Positions 23,445-38,200 of a stretch of DNA of 64,000 nt are shown here, piece by piece. Below the pieces are notes generated by a model that saw only the letters and a list, made by a program, of their open reading frames with translations, did no database searches and was not told the origin of the DNA. The position numbers and the translations under genes were made by a program. How positions within the stretch are numbered: position 1 is the first letter of the stretch; every line of letters begins with the position of its first letter. This DNA is from Eledone cirrhosa (Eukaryota): positions 173,910,001 through 173,974,000 of the forward strand of contig OZ024742.1 in NCBI GenBank assembly GCA_964016885.1, read 5' to 3'.

Positions 23445-24038
23445 TCAAATCCCGCCGAGATTAACTTGGCCGTTCATCCTTACGAGGTCGATAAAATAAA
23501 GTACCAGTAATGTACTGGGTAATTGCTGGCCTTGTGCCTAAAGTAGAAACAATTATTTTTGGCAGTATCGGTAGAGAGTCGGACACCATGTTTTCCATGT
23601 GTGCCAAAAGTAGAAACAATTATTATTATTGTGGATTGGCAGTATCGGTAGAGGGTCGGACGCCATGCTTTGATGCATAGAGTTACCTCCCTGTATGATT
23701 TGAGTTCAAATCCCGCTGAGGTTAACTTTGCCTTTCATCCTTACGGCGTCGATAAAATAAAGTACCAGTAATGCACTGGTTAATTGCTGGCCATGTGCCA
23801 AAAGTAGAAACAATTATTATTATTATTATTTATTATTGCGGTTTATTGGCAGTATCGGTAGCGGCTCAGACACCATGCTTTGAAGCATAGAGTTACGTCC
23901 CTATATGATCTGTGTACAAATCTCGCCGAGGTTAACTTTGCCTTTCATCCTTACATGGTCTATAAAATAAAGTACCAGTAATGTATTGGGTCATTGCTGA
24001 CCTTGTGCCAAAAGTAGAAATAATAATTATTATTATTT
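23445..24038 (+). mobile_element. Head-to-tail array of four Deu/Nin-like SINE copies
   Basis: Copies at about 23445-23559 (5'-truncated), 23560-23630 (internally deleted), 23631-23837 and 23838-24038, each ending in (ATT)n. Confidence 0.88.
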
Positions 24039-27000
24039 GAAGGTGAAGCCATGCTTCTTATCGTCTCCAGGTTTATTCAACAGTTTAGCTCGTTTTCAAC
24101 CGTTCTAAACCTTTTATTGAAGTTTTAAACTTGATGAATGTTTATTTAGAAGAAGTGACCCATTAATACAGGGGTTCACTCGTAAATACTATGGCACCCC
24201 TTATGGGGTGTCGTATTATGTAAAAATATTATTTGGAGAAAAAAAATGTGTCAATATATCAACAAGACAGCGTTCTAGCGAAGGTAAATATAAAAGAAAA
24301 TATTACGAAGGAAAAGAGGAACAATATCATTTTTAATGATATTGTTACAGATTTAAAATTACCAAATATTTCTAACACAAACAACACCAACGATAACACC
24401 AACAACAACACCATCAATAACAACAGCAACAACAAAAATAACAGCGGTAAGGTCGAGAACGACAATAACAATGACAATAATAACAGCCACAACAACAATA
24501 ATAGTAGGAACAATATCAACGAAAACAACAATAATAACAACAGCCAAAATAACAGTAACAACAGCAACAGTATCAACGAAAATATCAACAATGACATAGA
24601 TACCAGTAACAGCGATCTCAGCACCACCAGCAAGGCCAGTAGCAGCAGCAATAGTGGTTCCGCAGGTGTGGCCGAAATATCGAAACAGTGTTAGTGACAG
24701 AGGAGGAGATGGCAGTCGCAATGGCCATCCACCCGATTTTTTCAAGGATCAGTAGCTATGGACGGTGACTTATCGCACCGTAAGCAAAATGTCACATCGG
24801 TTGGAGAGAGCTATGGAGGCTCAAATCCAAAAGGTCTTGGGGTCGGTCTGCGCACGCAAAACCCACATCACCCGAGGCAGAAAGTACGCCAGCCCCCAAA
24901 AGGCGAAGTTTCACTCTTTGGAAACCCTAAAGAGTGAGGAGATAGTCTTGGTGCCCTCCTACTGCGGCCAGAAAATGTTAAGGGGCAAAGTGACCCAGGT
25001 CCCACGCAACGTGCCCATACATTGGCTGGCCGCGTCTGTACTGGCTGAAATCGATAAGAAGACCACCATACTGCAAATACAGAGAATGGGAAGAGAGAAC
25101 TGGTCAGGAATAGGCATGCACATTCTAATACAGACTAACCAGGAGTGCATTGAGGCCATCCCAGACATCATAGACCTCGAATAAGCGTTCCAACTCCCTA
25201 TAAGCGTGGAAGGAAGGCGCCCAAAGTGCTACCTCTGTGGGAAGAAGGGTCACCTCAGGGCCTTCTGCCCGCAGAAGACAGCAAAGAAGAGCCCCCTCCC
25301 CTCCTACCGACGTCAGGGCTGGCAACAGAGGCAGAAGATCTTTCCATGGTGAGTAGGAGGGCAACGTCCGTGGCACCCATACCAAGGCCACGGACAACTA
25401 AAGCAGCGGCAGCAGTGGCGGCAACACCAACAGTTTCAGTAGCCACATCGGCGGCAAAATCGATGGAGCGTGCTCCACTACCACCACCAACAGCAGTGGA
25501 GTTCATACCCCTCCCAGACGCCACGGAATCTGACATGGAGTATGAGGCGGGAGGGAAGTGGCAAAAGAACTGCCACAAAAAAAACAAAAGAGGAAAAACC
25601 TCTTAGCTTCACCCTCCAAAAGTGAAAGCAGACAAAGAGGAGTAAAGGCTGCAAGGAGACTTGCAGCAACACCACCACCATCACCATCACTACCACAAGC
25701 ATCACCACCAACAACAACCACACCACCAACAACAACAACCACACCACCACCAGCATCACCAAAAACACCAACATCGCAAACACAACAAAACACACACACC
25801 CAACACCAACAACAAGAAAACAGCAACAAAATCACCCCTCCCACAAAAAGTACAGAGCCATAAACATGGCAAAAACATGGCCGTGCTTAGAATAGGCAGT
25901 ATAAATGTACGTGGCCTGGGCTCATCTTGGAAGCAGGGTCACATGCTCAACGACCTCAGGTCAACAAACATAGATGTGGTGGCCATCAGCGAGACCAGAA
26001 TCTCCGAAGCATGAGCCTTCGCATCGATCTTCGGTGGCTATGCATCTCCCAGCCGTCCAGGATCGGGGGGAGGGGCGGCAGTGCTTTTTCGGAGAGGCTT
26101 GGATCTCGCCATCTTCCTGGACCCAGCAGGTAAATCGGTGGTGCTGGACGTTACCGGCAGCGAAGGCAATGCTTTCAGGCTAGTAGCCGTCTACGCCCCA
26201 ACTGGGGTAGGACGGCAAGATTTCTTCAGACGTCTAGAGACCTTTCTTGGAACGTCCCGCTCTCTACTGTTAGTGGGCGACTGGAACGGTATATTAGATG
26301 CACACTGGGATTATGCAGGGCTAGTAGACAGGACAGGAGGTTGTAAAAGCCTCAACAACATGCTCAGACGTTTTGAACTATCTGACAGGTATAGACTGTA
26401 TTATCTGAATGTGCCAATGTGGATATGGGCAAACCGCATCAGGTCATCCAGATTGTATTTAGATAGTGTATTTTGTAGGGAAACAGATAAGCCTAGTGTA
26501 GGTTGTCCACAATTTAAAGTAGTCGACTACACAGATCACAAATTTGTGATTTGTGAAGTTGACTTAGATAGACTCCATAGGCAAGGGCCCGGCTACTGGA
26601 AGCTGAACGCATCGTTTCCGGCACACAAAGCTTACAGAGACCGGATTAGCGAATTAGTTAAGCGTGCGTTGACGAGTGCGATCGTCAACAACAGGTGGTG
26701 GCTTACCCTGAAAAGGGCTATTAGAGTAGAATCGATAAGATTTAGCAAAGGAGTAGTGATAGAGGAAAATAGAGTAGAGGGAGAGTTAGTTAGAAAGCTA
26801 GAAGAGGCGTTTATAGACAGGCATCGCAACTGACGTGCTTGCGACGAGATTGGCACTCGACCAATTCTTCAGTCCAAAGCATGAAGGCTGCGTTGTCAGA
26901 GCTAGAGCGCATACTCTAAGACACGTGAGGACGAAAGCCGTTCAATAGGCCCGGGTGGTGGAGGCGCAATGTGCCAAGAAGTCCATAATTTGGTCTTTGC

Positions 27001-29143
27001 CTGCTCAAAATGGGCTTAAGATTTTTCCTGATCAAAATGGGTTTAAGATTTTGGCCAAGGTGTTAGCAAAGAGATCGGCGCTTGCCATTGGTGATCTGAT
27101 GGGAGAGGCGCAGACATGCTCCATTCAGGACAGATCAATCTACGACAACCTCCATCTCATGCGATACATCATAGAGAGGGTTGTTAAGGAACCTTGCACA
27201 GGTGGGGCCCTGATCAACTTGGATCAATCAAAAGCATTTGATAGGGTCGACCATCGGTACCTGTCTGCGGTCCTCGAGGCGGCTGGCTTTGGGCCCGTTT
27301 TTAGAGGCTGGATTGCTGTGATGCACAGCGACATCTGCTCGATTGTGAGGTTGAATGGTCACCTGTCGCAGCCTTTCAGCATCATGCGCTCGGTGCACCA
27401 GGTTTGCCCCCTCTCATCCCTCTTGTATGTACTGGCCGTTGAGCCTTTACTTCACAAATTGAAGATGATGAGGGGGATCCCACGCGAACTGGGATGCGGG
27501 AGATCCATGTCAGCTTACGCCGACGATGTCACCGTAGTGGTGTCGAGCAACAAACACATCCAGATGCTTGGCACCGCTCTCAAGGAATATGAAGCGGTGA
27601 CAGGAGCAAAGAAAAACCAGGAAAAGTCGGTGGGCTTGCACCTGGAGAGGCAATTCCATACCGTCCGACAGCGTCGTGGGATGCTGGACGGAAGGACCGG
27701 TTAAATTGCTCGAAGTCTGGTTCGGTCCGGTGCTCCAGATGGAGCGAGGTGACGAGCCGGATGGCCTCTCTCGCCCAGAAATGGGCCGAGAGGAGGCTCT
27801 CTCTGAAAGGTTGGGCGGAGGTGGCAAATGCGTACATAGCATCCACCATCTGCTACCGCCTCACCGTCGTACCTTGCCCCCGCCTTACTCTGTCCAAAAT
27901 GGAGCGCCTTCTCTTCTGCTTTTTGTGGAAGGGACGTGCTCCCATGGTCAGATGATCCATTTGCTGTCAACACCCGTTGCATGGACGACTAGCCATGCCT
28001 GGCTGATGATACGCATACATGCACTGAGGTTGCGACATCTCTGGTGCTTCCTTGACAGTGAACAGGTGTGGTCGCCGTTTGACAGACGCGCTTTTCCCCA
28101 GCTCGTCTCTTTGACTGAGCTGCAGTCCTGGATCAGGAAAAGACCGAGGGATAGCACTTGGAAGCTGGAATGTCTCCAAGCGCTCACCGCCCTCTACCAG
28201 CTGAGCACTAGTATCGATGGAACATCAACCTCGGCATTCTATAGAAGGCTAGTGGAGGGAAAGAGCGGCGATGTTCTCGGGGAGACCCTGGGCATCGAAC
28301 ATGATCAGCTGTTCGCTCTATTCAAGAGAACTTCCAGACCGGGGTATATGGACAACTTCCAGAAATCCCTGGCTTGGCAGTGCTACCGGGGACTGCTGCC
28401 GGTTCAGGATTAGCTCTACGGGCACGGAGGTGCTGTCAGCCGAGCCTGTCCGAGATGCGCGCAGGGCGACGAAACCATCCTGCCCGCACTCGTTCAGTGC
28501 CCGAGGATTGCTGACTTGTGGAGCTATGTCGAACAGTTGCTGTCGCATGTAGGGCGGATTCCGTTATCGACAGAGCCCATTGTGCCGATAGCCCCGCCAT
28601 CCTCCTTTAAAGAGGAGGAAGGGCAGGCAATTTTATTCTGCCTGGTGGCCATGGCGAAAGATATTGTGTGGTGGACAAGTGTCCACCATGGTTGTGTGGT
28701 GGACACTTTCCCCTTCGGCCAATCCCTGATTAACTTTTTCAAGTTTCACTTGCAGAGGAAAATCAGGGTGGAGGGGCAAGTGCTGTCTTCTAGTAAGTTT
28801 GTTGAAAGGTGGGTGAAAGTGGCGAGTCTGGTCCGTTTGAACGGGCCAGCTCTGAGTATGCGCCTGTAGACTGAGGAGTGGGAAAACTGAGAGAAGGCGC
28901 TTGCACGGTCAGGGTGGCCGTGGTCTTTTGCGTGGTTTTCGCCACGAGTGACCCTCGGAAGCTCTCCCCCTATTGGGGCTTTATTTTTGAATTTTTTTTT
29001 ATATTTCTATCTTGTTGTAACCTCTTTTACACGGCCAAAACCCACTTTGTATCGTCCTGTATCGTTCTGTACCGTCTGTAATGTTTTTCTTCATGTTAGC
29101 CCTTGTAGCCAATAAAGAAACCATTATTATTATTATTATTATT
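24039..29143 (+). mobile_element. Tx1-clade LINE copy 5 (family C), full span but decayed
   Basis: 5' UTR, ORF1 pieces 24233-25863 (CYLCGKKGHLRAFC knuckle near 25227), ORF2 25877-28869 with stops and deletions, AATAAA-GAAACC-(ATT)n. Confidence 0.9.
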
Positions 29144-29356
29144 GAATGCCATGGTTGACGGAGGCTCGGCTCTGTAAGGTATAGTAATTTTTAACCGTTA
29201 AAACAATTGTAAATTGTTTAAAACTTGAACCAAATTGTTGATAAAGACACCCTCCTCCTCGTGAGAGGGGTCTTTCTGTCCGGTATTTGGCCCTTCGGGG
29301 TTAAATAACCAGTTATTGGGGTTTTGTACCCAAAATTTCATTTTAAACAAAAAAAC

Positions 29357-31452
29357 ATGGCTACGAAAAAGAAATTTCATACGTCACTCCCACTCATTCC
29401 GTCTTCTTCTTCCTCAATCATCACTACAGCAGAGAGAAGATTGTCTCTCTCCCTCCCTTCTTTAAATGTGTCTCTCTCCCTCCCTTCTCTTTCGCAAGCG
29501 ACGAAAGAAAAGAAAAGTCTCGTGCAAAGCGTGCAAGGTTTCTCCACGACGACGACGACAGCGACGAAACAGGTGTGCGGGAAATACGAAAACCCAGTTC
29601 ATTCGTCTGACGTCAGGAATAATAGCAGTAGCAGCCGTAATAACAACAGCAACAGTGACAATGAAAACAACAGTAGCAGCCGCAACAGCATCACCAGCAG
29701 CATAAACAACAACAGCATTAGCAGCAGCAACACCAACAACAGCCACAGCAACAGCGGCGGAGGCAGTAGTCGTAGTACCTGCAGCAACAACAAAAGTACC
29801 AGCAGCTCTGACGACAACAACAACAGCAGAGAAAAACCAATCTCATTTGCAGGTATTGCGAAAAACTTGGAAACAATCCTCATAACAAATGAGAAATTAG
29901 AGGAAGCGAAGAAGATGGTGACAAAGAACCGACACCGAGCAATCTGCAAGGCAGCGGAAAAATTTTTCGAAACCCAAGAGCACTGTACGGTCACGTACCG
30001 TACAGTAAGTACAAAATCCCGTAGGGTGGAAAGAGCCACAGAGGCCCAAATACAAAAAGCCTTGGGGTCTGTGTGGCAGCGGAAAACGCACATCACCCGA
30101 GGCAAAAAATATGCCACCGTAGACGTACTTTTTGCCACACCCCAGGAGGCAAAGGCCCAATCAGTAGTGACCCTAAGGAGCGAGGAAATGGTGTTGGTGC
30201 CCTCCTACTGTGGGCAAAAAATTGTGAGGGTCAAACTGACCCACGTCCCCCCCGGAATGACCCCTTCTTGGCTGGCCGCGTCTGTCCTCGTCGGAATCGA
30301 GGACAAAACAACTGTACTGCAAGTACAGAAAAAAGTAAGAGAAGATTGGGTCGGCTCCTCCATTGAGATGCTAATCCAAACCAACCAGGAGTGCATCGAA
30401 GCTATCCCGGATGTGATAGACTTCGATAACGGCACTCAACTGCCCATAAGTGTTGAGGGCAAACGCCCGAAATGCTTCGCTGTGGATCGAAGACTCACCT
30501 CAGGGCCTTCTGCAACGAGAAGACCCTGAGAAAGGAGAAAAACACCCTCCTTCCGAATCCGGCTCCACGGCTACCAGCAACAGGACAAGCGGCAACCAGG
30601 AACGATAGGCCCGTGGCACCCATACCCACTCCACGGAAATGAAAAACAGCAGCAGCAGTGGAAATACTAACAACAACAACAGCAATACCAAATGCAGCTG
30701 CAACAGAGACTCCAGTGCAAACATCACCAACAACAACAAGTGAAAGAGTGGAGCTGGTACCCCTCCCCGACCTCACAGAATCAGACATGGAGTGTGAGGT
30801 GGGAGAGAGATGGCAAAAGGTCGTAAGAAGGCACAAACGCAGAAGCAGCGCATCGTCGCCTTTGAAAAGGGAGGAAAGAAATGAGAAAAGGGTAAAGTCT
30901 ACTGCAAAGAGACCCACAGCAACAACAACACCAACACCATCACCACCCACACTAGCGCCACCATCACCACCGGCGACAACCCCACCGCCAACAACACCTT
31001 CAACACCACCACCACAAGCACCAACATCGCAAACACAACAACAAAACACACACACCCAGCAACAACGACAAGAAAATAGCAGAATCACACCCCACCCCCA
31101 GAAAAACAAATGCACGGCAATAAATACACACAACAAGAAACTAATGACTTACATAATTGAACACACAGACATTTCACAAGAGGACTACATAATACCAGCA
31201 CCAATCAAAACGCCAACTAACATAAGACTGCTAAAAATAGCACAGAAACAATACACAAATATTAAAACGAAATTCCCCAACGCAGTTGGTGATTTCAGGG
31301 ACCTAGGAGGAACCATCAATCGAAGAGTATACTCAGACATTCTCTTAGAAGAGCCGACGACCAGCCGAAGGGACGATTCAACGGTCCCTTCACCAGACGA
31401 TCAAGTGAAAAGGGATGTAAAAACCATCCCTCCTCTACCAAAAGTACGGTAA
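29357..31452 (+). pseudogene. LINE ORF1p (family B) with a frameshift near 30476 and a stop near 30640
   Basis: MATKKKFH start; comparison with copy 7 shows one T missing in the CCHC knuckle and a TCA>TGA change. Confidence 0.85.
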
Positions 31453-31487
31453 GTGGTCTTTCCCATCTTTTCCACTCTATTTTAAAC

Positions 31488-34400
31488 ATGACCTCACTCA
31501 GAATAGGCAGCATAAATGCGCGTGGCTTGGGGTCGTCATGGAAGCAGGGTCACCTGCTCAACGACCTCAGGTCACTAAACATAGATGTAGTGGCCATCAG
31601 CGAGACCAGAATCTCCGAAGCACGGGCCTTCGCACCGATCTTCGGCGGCTACGGTGTGTACGCATCTCCCAGCCGTCCTGGATCCGGTGGAGGAGTTGCT
31701 GTACTTTTTCGGAGAGGTTTGGATCTTGCCATACGGGCCATCTTCCTGGACCCAGAGGGTAAGTTGGTGGTGCTGGACGTGACCAGCGGAGACGGGCAAG
31801 CTTTCAGGCTAGTGGCCGTCTATGCCCCGACAGGAGCAGGGCGGCCTGATTTCTTCCGGCGTCTGGAGACCTTTCTTGGAACGTCCCGCTCTTTAGTGTT
31901 AGTGGGCGACTGGAACGGGATCTTAGATGCACGCTGGGACTGTGTGGGATTAGCGGATAGGGGTGGAGGGTGCAAGAGCCTCACCAACCTGCTCAGGCGT
32001 TTTGAACTGTCTGACAGGTACCGATTGGATTTCCCGAATGTACCAATGTGGACTTGGACAAACCGCATAGGGTCATCCAGATCATATCTAGATAGAGTAT
32101 TTTGTAGGGAAATAGATAGGTCTAGCATAGGCTGTCCACAATTCAAGATAGTCAGCTACACGGACCACAAATTCGTGATCTGTGTGCTTGACTTAGATAG
32201 GCTTCATAGACGAGGACCCGGCTACTGGAAGCTAAACGCGTCCTTACCAGCGCTAAGGCCTACAGAGACCGGATTAGCGAACTAGTTAAGCGGGCGTTGA
32301 CGGGGGCCATCGTCAACAACAAGTGGTGGTTTGCTCTGAAAAGAGCGATTAGAATAGAATCGATTAGATTTAGTAAGGCTTTAGCAATAGAGAAAAATAG
32401 AGCAGAGGGAGAACTAGTTAGAAAATTAGACGAGGCGCTTAGCAAAGGCATTGCGACCGACGTGCTTGCGGCGAAATTGGCCCTTGACCAATTCTTCAAT
32501 GCAAAGCACGAAGGCTGCGTTGTCAGAGCAAGGGTGCGTGCTCTCAGACACGAGGAGACGAAAGCCGTTCAATGGGCCCGAGTGGCGGAGGCGCGTCGTG
32601 GCAACAACGCCACGATCCGGTCTTTGGTGGACCACGACGGGCGCATGCTACTCGATCCCGGGCAAATGTGTGAAGCTTTTCAGCGACACTTCGCTCAGCT
32701 GTTCGGGGGCAGCGGTGGGCCGGGTAGAGGGATGGACTTTAGTGTCTACCTCGACGGACTGCCGCGGCTCTCGGCCACTGAGGCGAAGTGTTGCGAAAAG
32801 CCGATAACAGCCGCTGAAGTAAGGGAGGCAATGACTGACTGCACAAGGGGTAAATCGCCTGGTTTGGATGGTCTGCCCTATGAACTTTACGTACAGATGC
32901 CAGACTTGTTCGGAGGCCTCTTGGCGGACGTCTACTGCAACTGGCAAAAGAACGGGAGAATTCCCAGTTCTGTGAGCCGAGGAGCGGTGGCACTGCTGAG
33001 AAAGGATCCGAACAAGGGGGATAACATAGAAAATTTCCGGCCCATAACTCTGCTAAACACAGAGTTTAAGATTTTGGCCAAGGTGCTAGCAAAGAGGTTG
33101 GCGCTTGTCGTTGGTGGTCTGGTGGGAGAGGCGCAGACATGCGCCATTCCCGACAGATCCCTCCACGACAACCTCCACCTCATGCGATACATCGTAGAGA
33201 GGGTAGCTAGGGAACCTGGCACGGGTGGGTCCTTGATCAATTTAGATCAGTCGAAAGCTTTCGATAGGGTCGACCATCGTTACCTAGCGGCAGTCCTGAG
33301 GGCGGCTGGCTTTGGGCCCGTCTTCAGAGGCTGGATCGCTGCCATGCACAGCGACATCTGCTCTGTGGTGAGAGTGAACGGTCACCTGTCGGAACCGTTC
33401 AACGTCATGCGCTCGGTCCGCCAAGGATGTCCCCTCTCGTCCCTCTTGTACGTATTGACTCTCGAGCCATTACTGCACAAACTGGAGACGTTGAGGGGGG
33501 TCCCGCGCGAACTAGGATGCGGAAGATCCGTATCAGCATATGCGGACGATGTCACCGTAGTGGTGTCGAACGCCAAACACATCGAGGCGATCGGCACTAC
33601 ACTAAGAGAATACGAAGCGGTGACAGGAGCAATGATCAACCAGGAAAAGTCAGTGGGCCTGCAGCTCGGCGCCTGGAGAGGCAGGTCCATGCCGTCCAAC
33701 AGCGTCGTCGGACGCTGGACGGACGGACCGGTTAAATTGCTAGGTGTCTGGTTCGGTCCGGACCTCCAGACGGACAAAAACTGGGACGAGGTGACGAGCA
33801 GGGTGGCTTCTCTCACCCAGAAATGGGCGGAGAGGAAGCTATCCCTGAAAGGTCGAGCGGAGGTGGCTAACGCGTACATCGCGTCCGTCATCTGCTACCG
33901 TCTGACCGTCGTACCTTGTCCTAAGCCTCGCCTGACTGCGCTGGAGCGTTTGCTCTTTCGCTTTTTGTGGAAGGGACGCGCTCCGATGGTCAGGCGGTCC
34001 ATCTGTTGTCAACACCCGCTACGTGGAGGGCTGGGCATGCCGTGGCTGATGATGCGCAGGCACGCGCTCAGGCTACGACATCTCCACCTCTTCCTCGACG
34101 GTGATCAGGTGTGGTCGCCGTTTGCTAGGCGCGTGTTTCCCCAGCTCGTTTCCTTGACGGAGCTGCAGTCCTGGGTCAAGCGAAGACCGAGAGGGAGCGC
34201 CTGGAGACTGGAATGTCTTCAGGCGCTCACAGCCCTCGACCAATCGGGCAATGTGATCGGTGGAAACTCCACCTCGGCGTTCTATAGAGGATTAGTGGAG
34301 GGGAAGAGCGATGACGTACTTGGGGAAACTCTAGGCGTCGACGAAAATCAACTAGCCAATCTCTTCGGAAGAACTTTCGGGCCAGGGCCTATGGACAACT

Positions 34401-34906
34401 TCCAGAAATCTCTGGCCTGGCAGTGCTACCGAGGAGCCTTGCCAGTTCGGGATAAACTCTACAGGCATGGAGGTGCCGTCAGCCGGGCATGTCCGAGATG
34501 CGCGCAGGGCGACGAAACCGTCCTGCACGCACTCGTCCAGTGTCCGAAAATTGCTGACTTGTGGGTTTATGTCGAACACCTGCTGTCGCGTTTAGGACGG
34601 ATCCGGCTATCATCTGAGTCCATCGTGAGGATTGCCCCGCCCTCCTCCTTTAGCCGGGAAGGGCAGGCAGTTTTTATCTGCCTGGTGGCCATGGTGAAAG
34701 AGATAGTATGGTGGACACGTTTGAAAGGGCTGAAGACGAGCACTTACCTCTTCGGTGATGCTCTGATTGACTTTTTCAAATTTCATTTGAAAAGGAAAAT
34801 CAGAGTAGAGAGGGAAGTGCTCTCTTCCCAGCATTTTGTTGAAAGATGGGTGAGAGAAGCAAGAATGGCCCGAGTGAATGGGCCTACTCTGAGTATATAT
34901 CTGTAA
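31488..34906 (+). pseudogene. LINE ORF2p (APE-RT-Zn finger) with one frameshift near 32255
   Basis: ORFs 31488-32285 and 32297-34906 together give a complete ORF2. Confidence 0.92.
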
Positions 34907-35165
34907 ATTAAAGGTGGAAAACTGGGAGAGGGCACTTGCCTTGGTGGTCAGGGTCATTGTGGCTTTTTACTGGGCTTTCACCACAAATGTCCCTCCGAAG
35001 TCTCCCCCCTATTGGGGAATTTTTCATTGTTATTTTCATTGTTATTTTTGTTACATCCTCTGTTTTTGTTTTTTACACGCAGAAATGCCCATTTGTACCG
35101 TCCTGCATTGTCCTGCACTGTCCTTAATGTCTACTTTATGTAAACCCTTGTGGTTAATAAAGAAA

Positions 35166-35217
<52 letters not shown>

Positions 35218-35218
<1 letters not shown>

Positions 35219-38200
35219 GCTGCATTTATCTTGCTTTATGTTCATACGAGTTATCACCAAGTCACAACCAGTGACCTTAAGAGACAACAAGGTCCGCCAT
35301 GTTCAAGAAAGAACAGACATACACACACATGCATCTTTAGGTGTTTAGACTTGTGATGTACTTATATTGACAGAATCTTCCTTAGTATATGGGCAGTTCC
35401 CATTAGTACTATCTTTTGTATGTCTCCTATACGCGGGTTTCCTGGGATTTGCGATAAGTAATCCTTACACCCCTTAAGGTATCATTTCTAGAGCGCCTAC
35501 AACCACTGGTATTGTTTTAGTTCTCAATTTCCACATTTTTCTAATTTCTATCGCCCGGTCCTTATGCTTGCTCAATTTTTCAAATGTTTTTATAGATACA
35601 TTCTTGTCTATTGGAACGGACATATCAATTAGCAGGCATACCCTCTTTTTAAAGTCCTTCAGTATTATATCAGGTTTATTTGCATCTATATTTCGGTCTG
35701 TTTGGATGCTAAAGTTCCACAAGATTGAGATGTGATCTTTTTTCAAGTATGGGAGGTGGTTGATGCTCCCACCAATTCTTTTGATGGGGCAGGTCAAAAT
35801 GCTTACACATTATCCAATGTATGTATTGTGCAGCTCGGTCGTGCCTGTTTAGATATTCGGTTGGAGCTGATCTTCTGCTGATATAATTAGTCATTCCGTC
35901 TCCGATTTCAGTCCAGAGGATGCCAACCACCGATGGGTTAAAATGTTGTCAACATCAGGATTGTTACCTCTTTCTGTGTATGTTCCATACAGAGGCTTTT
36001 CTTGCCATTTCTTAGCCAGTTTCTGTAGTTGTTCTTTCTTTGCAGTTACTTTTACCTGCTTTGCTTTTTCTGTGTTTTCCATTTCAGCAGTAAATGGGAC
36101 TTCTGAAATGTGTAGTCCATTACTGTATATTTGTGTATCTTTTGTAATGGAGTATGATCTTTTGATGCTTTCGTGTTTCAAAACGAGTTTGATCATCCAA
36201 TCATGTGATTCCCTTAGATATGTAGATAATCCAATTGTTGCAGTTTTCAACGTAATATCTAACTGGATTAACCCACGTCCTCCTTCTTTCCTAGGGAGAT
36301 ATATTCTATCTGTATCTGCCTTAGGGTGATGCATTCTGTGCATGGTTAAGAATTTTCTAATTTTTGTATCGATTCTACGGATCTCTGTGCTTGACCAGTA
36401 GATGACATTGTAACTGTAGGTTACTACTGGTATGGCAAGCGTGTTAATGGCATCGATCCTATTCCTTGCATTCAATTCCGTTCTTAAGATTGCTCTTACT
36501 CTGCGGTAACATTCCTTCCTTATCCTTTCCCTCATTGTCGAGTGCTTGATTCCGTCTCCTTCACAAATACCTAGATATTTGTAAGTTTTTTCTTGATCAA
36601 GTTCTCTTATCACATTCTCCCGATCAAGATTAATGTCTGAAATTTTCAGCAGCTTTCCTCTGGTGAACGCTGCTTTGGAGGATTTATCTTGTCCAAACTC
36701 CATTTTAATGTCATCACTGAACTGCTCCACAGTGGATAATAGCCCTTGCAGTTGTTCATCATTTTTGGCAAATAGTTTCAGGTCATCCATGTAGAACAAG
36801 TGATTAATGGTTTTGTCATAGACTTTATATCCATGTTTTGTTTCATTGAGCATTTTATTTAATGGTATAAGTGCGATGCAGAATAAAAGCGGTGATAAAG
36901 AGTCACCCTGAAAAATTCCACAATTAATATTAACTTCTCCAGCTTCCAGTGATCTTGTTTCACTATTCAAAAGGAGTGTCGTTTTCCATGACAAGAACCT
37001 CCTGACAACGGAAGATATTTTGAAAATCTCTAAACATTTTTCAATCCAACTGTGTGGCAAACTATCGAATGCTTTTTTATAATCTATCCAAGCAATTGAT
37101 AGATTTTTGTGTCTATTATGACAATCTTCCAGTATCATTTTGTTAGCCAAAAGCTGATCCTTACAGCCATATGAGCCTCGTTTACACCCTTTCTGCTCAA
37201 TGGGAAATAGGTCATTTGTTATCAGGTGGTCATATGTGTATTCAGTTAGGAGTGATGTTAAAATGTTATACATTGTGGTCAAGCAAGTTATCGGTCTGTA
37301 ATTTTGGGGATTGTTTGTCTCATCATTCTTCGGAAGCAGGAATGTAATGCCGTTAACTAGCCATGATGGTATCTTTTCTGGCTCCTTAACTATTTCATCG
37401 TAAAGTTGGACTAACAGCTCATGTGACTCTGTGAAGGCATCTATCCAAGAATTTGTTATTTTGTCTTTTCCTGTGGATTTCCATTTGCTGGTTTTTCTAA
37501 GAGCCAAACGCAACTGTTCAACTGTTATATTTTCCCATATTTGTTCCTCAGGGTGAGCTGTATCATTCATTTGTCTGTCTCTCCATGGGGCATGTATATT
37601 ATGAACTCTTTCTTCGGCCCGGATCTTTTCCCAGACTTCTTGCACTTCCTCCTTGGGTGGTATTGATTTAGCAGTTATTGTTGACTTACCAAGTTTTCTG
37701 TAGAAGTTTCTTTGGTTGTTTTTGAACATATTATTGTCCTTATAGAATCTAGATCGTTTTTCAAAGCGCCTTATACGAGTAGCATTGGCCGACACTTTTT
37801 GCTTGATTATTTCTATCAGCATCTCTATGTCACTTGTTGATTTTATACTATATTTTCTTTTCAATTTTGAATTTTGAATTTTCTATTTTCTAAGTTTAGT
37901 TTGTTTAACATGTTCACCTATTTAGTAGTTTTTTTTAATTTCTATGTCAGATCGGAGAAGATTTATTTGGCGATTGATGTTCTCTTGCCAAGTAGATTTC
38001 TTGTGGGAATTCCTTTGTTTTTTTCATTTTCACTCCACATAAGTGAGTGGTGACTTTAGCCGATGCATAATAGAGATGATTTAAATCAGTAATGTTTAGT
38101 TTGTTTGTGATGATAATGTTTTTGAGAATTATGTTAGTCTTGTGTATTATCTTTTGGTTCTGTTTGGAGTTCTGGATCTTAGGGAGGGTGACTCGTTCCC

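Larger units (their letters stand above)
29144..35217 (+). mobile_element. Full-length Tx1-clade LINE copy 6 (family B), nearly intact
   Basis: 5' UTR directly after the tail of copy 5; ORF1, ORF2, 3' UTR and long (ATT)n tail. Confidence 0.95.
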
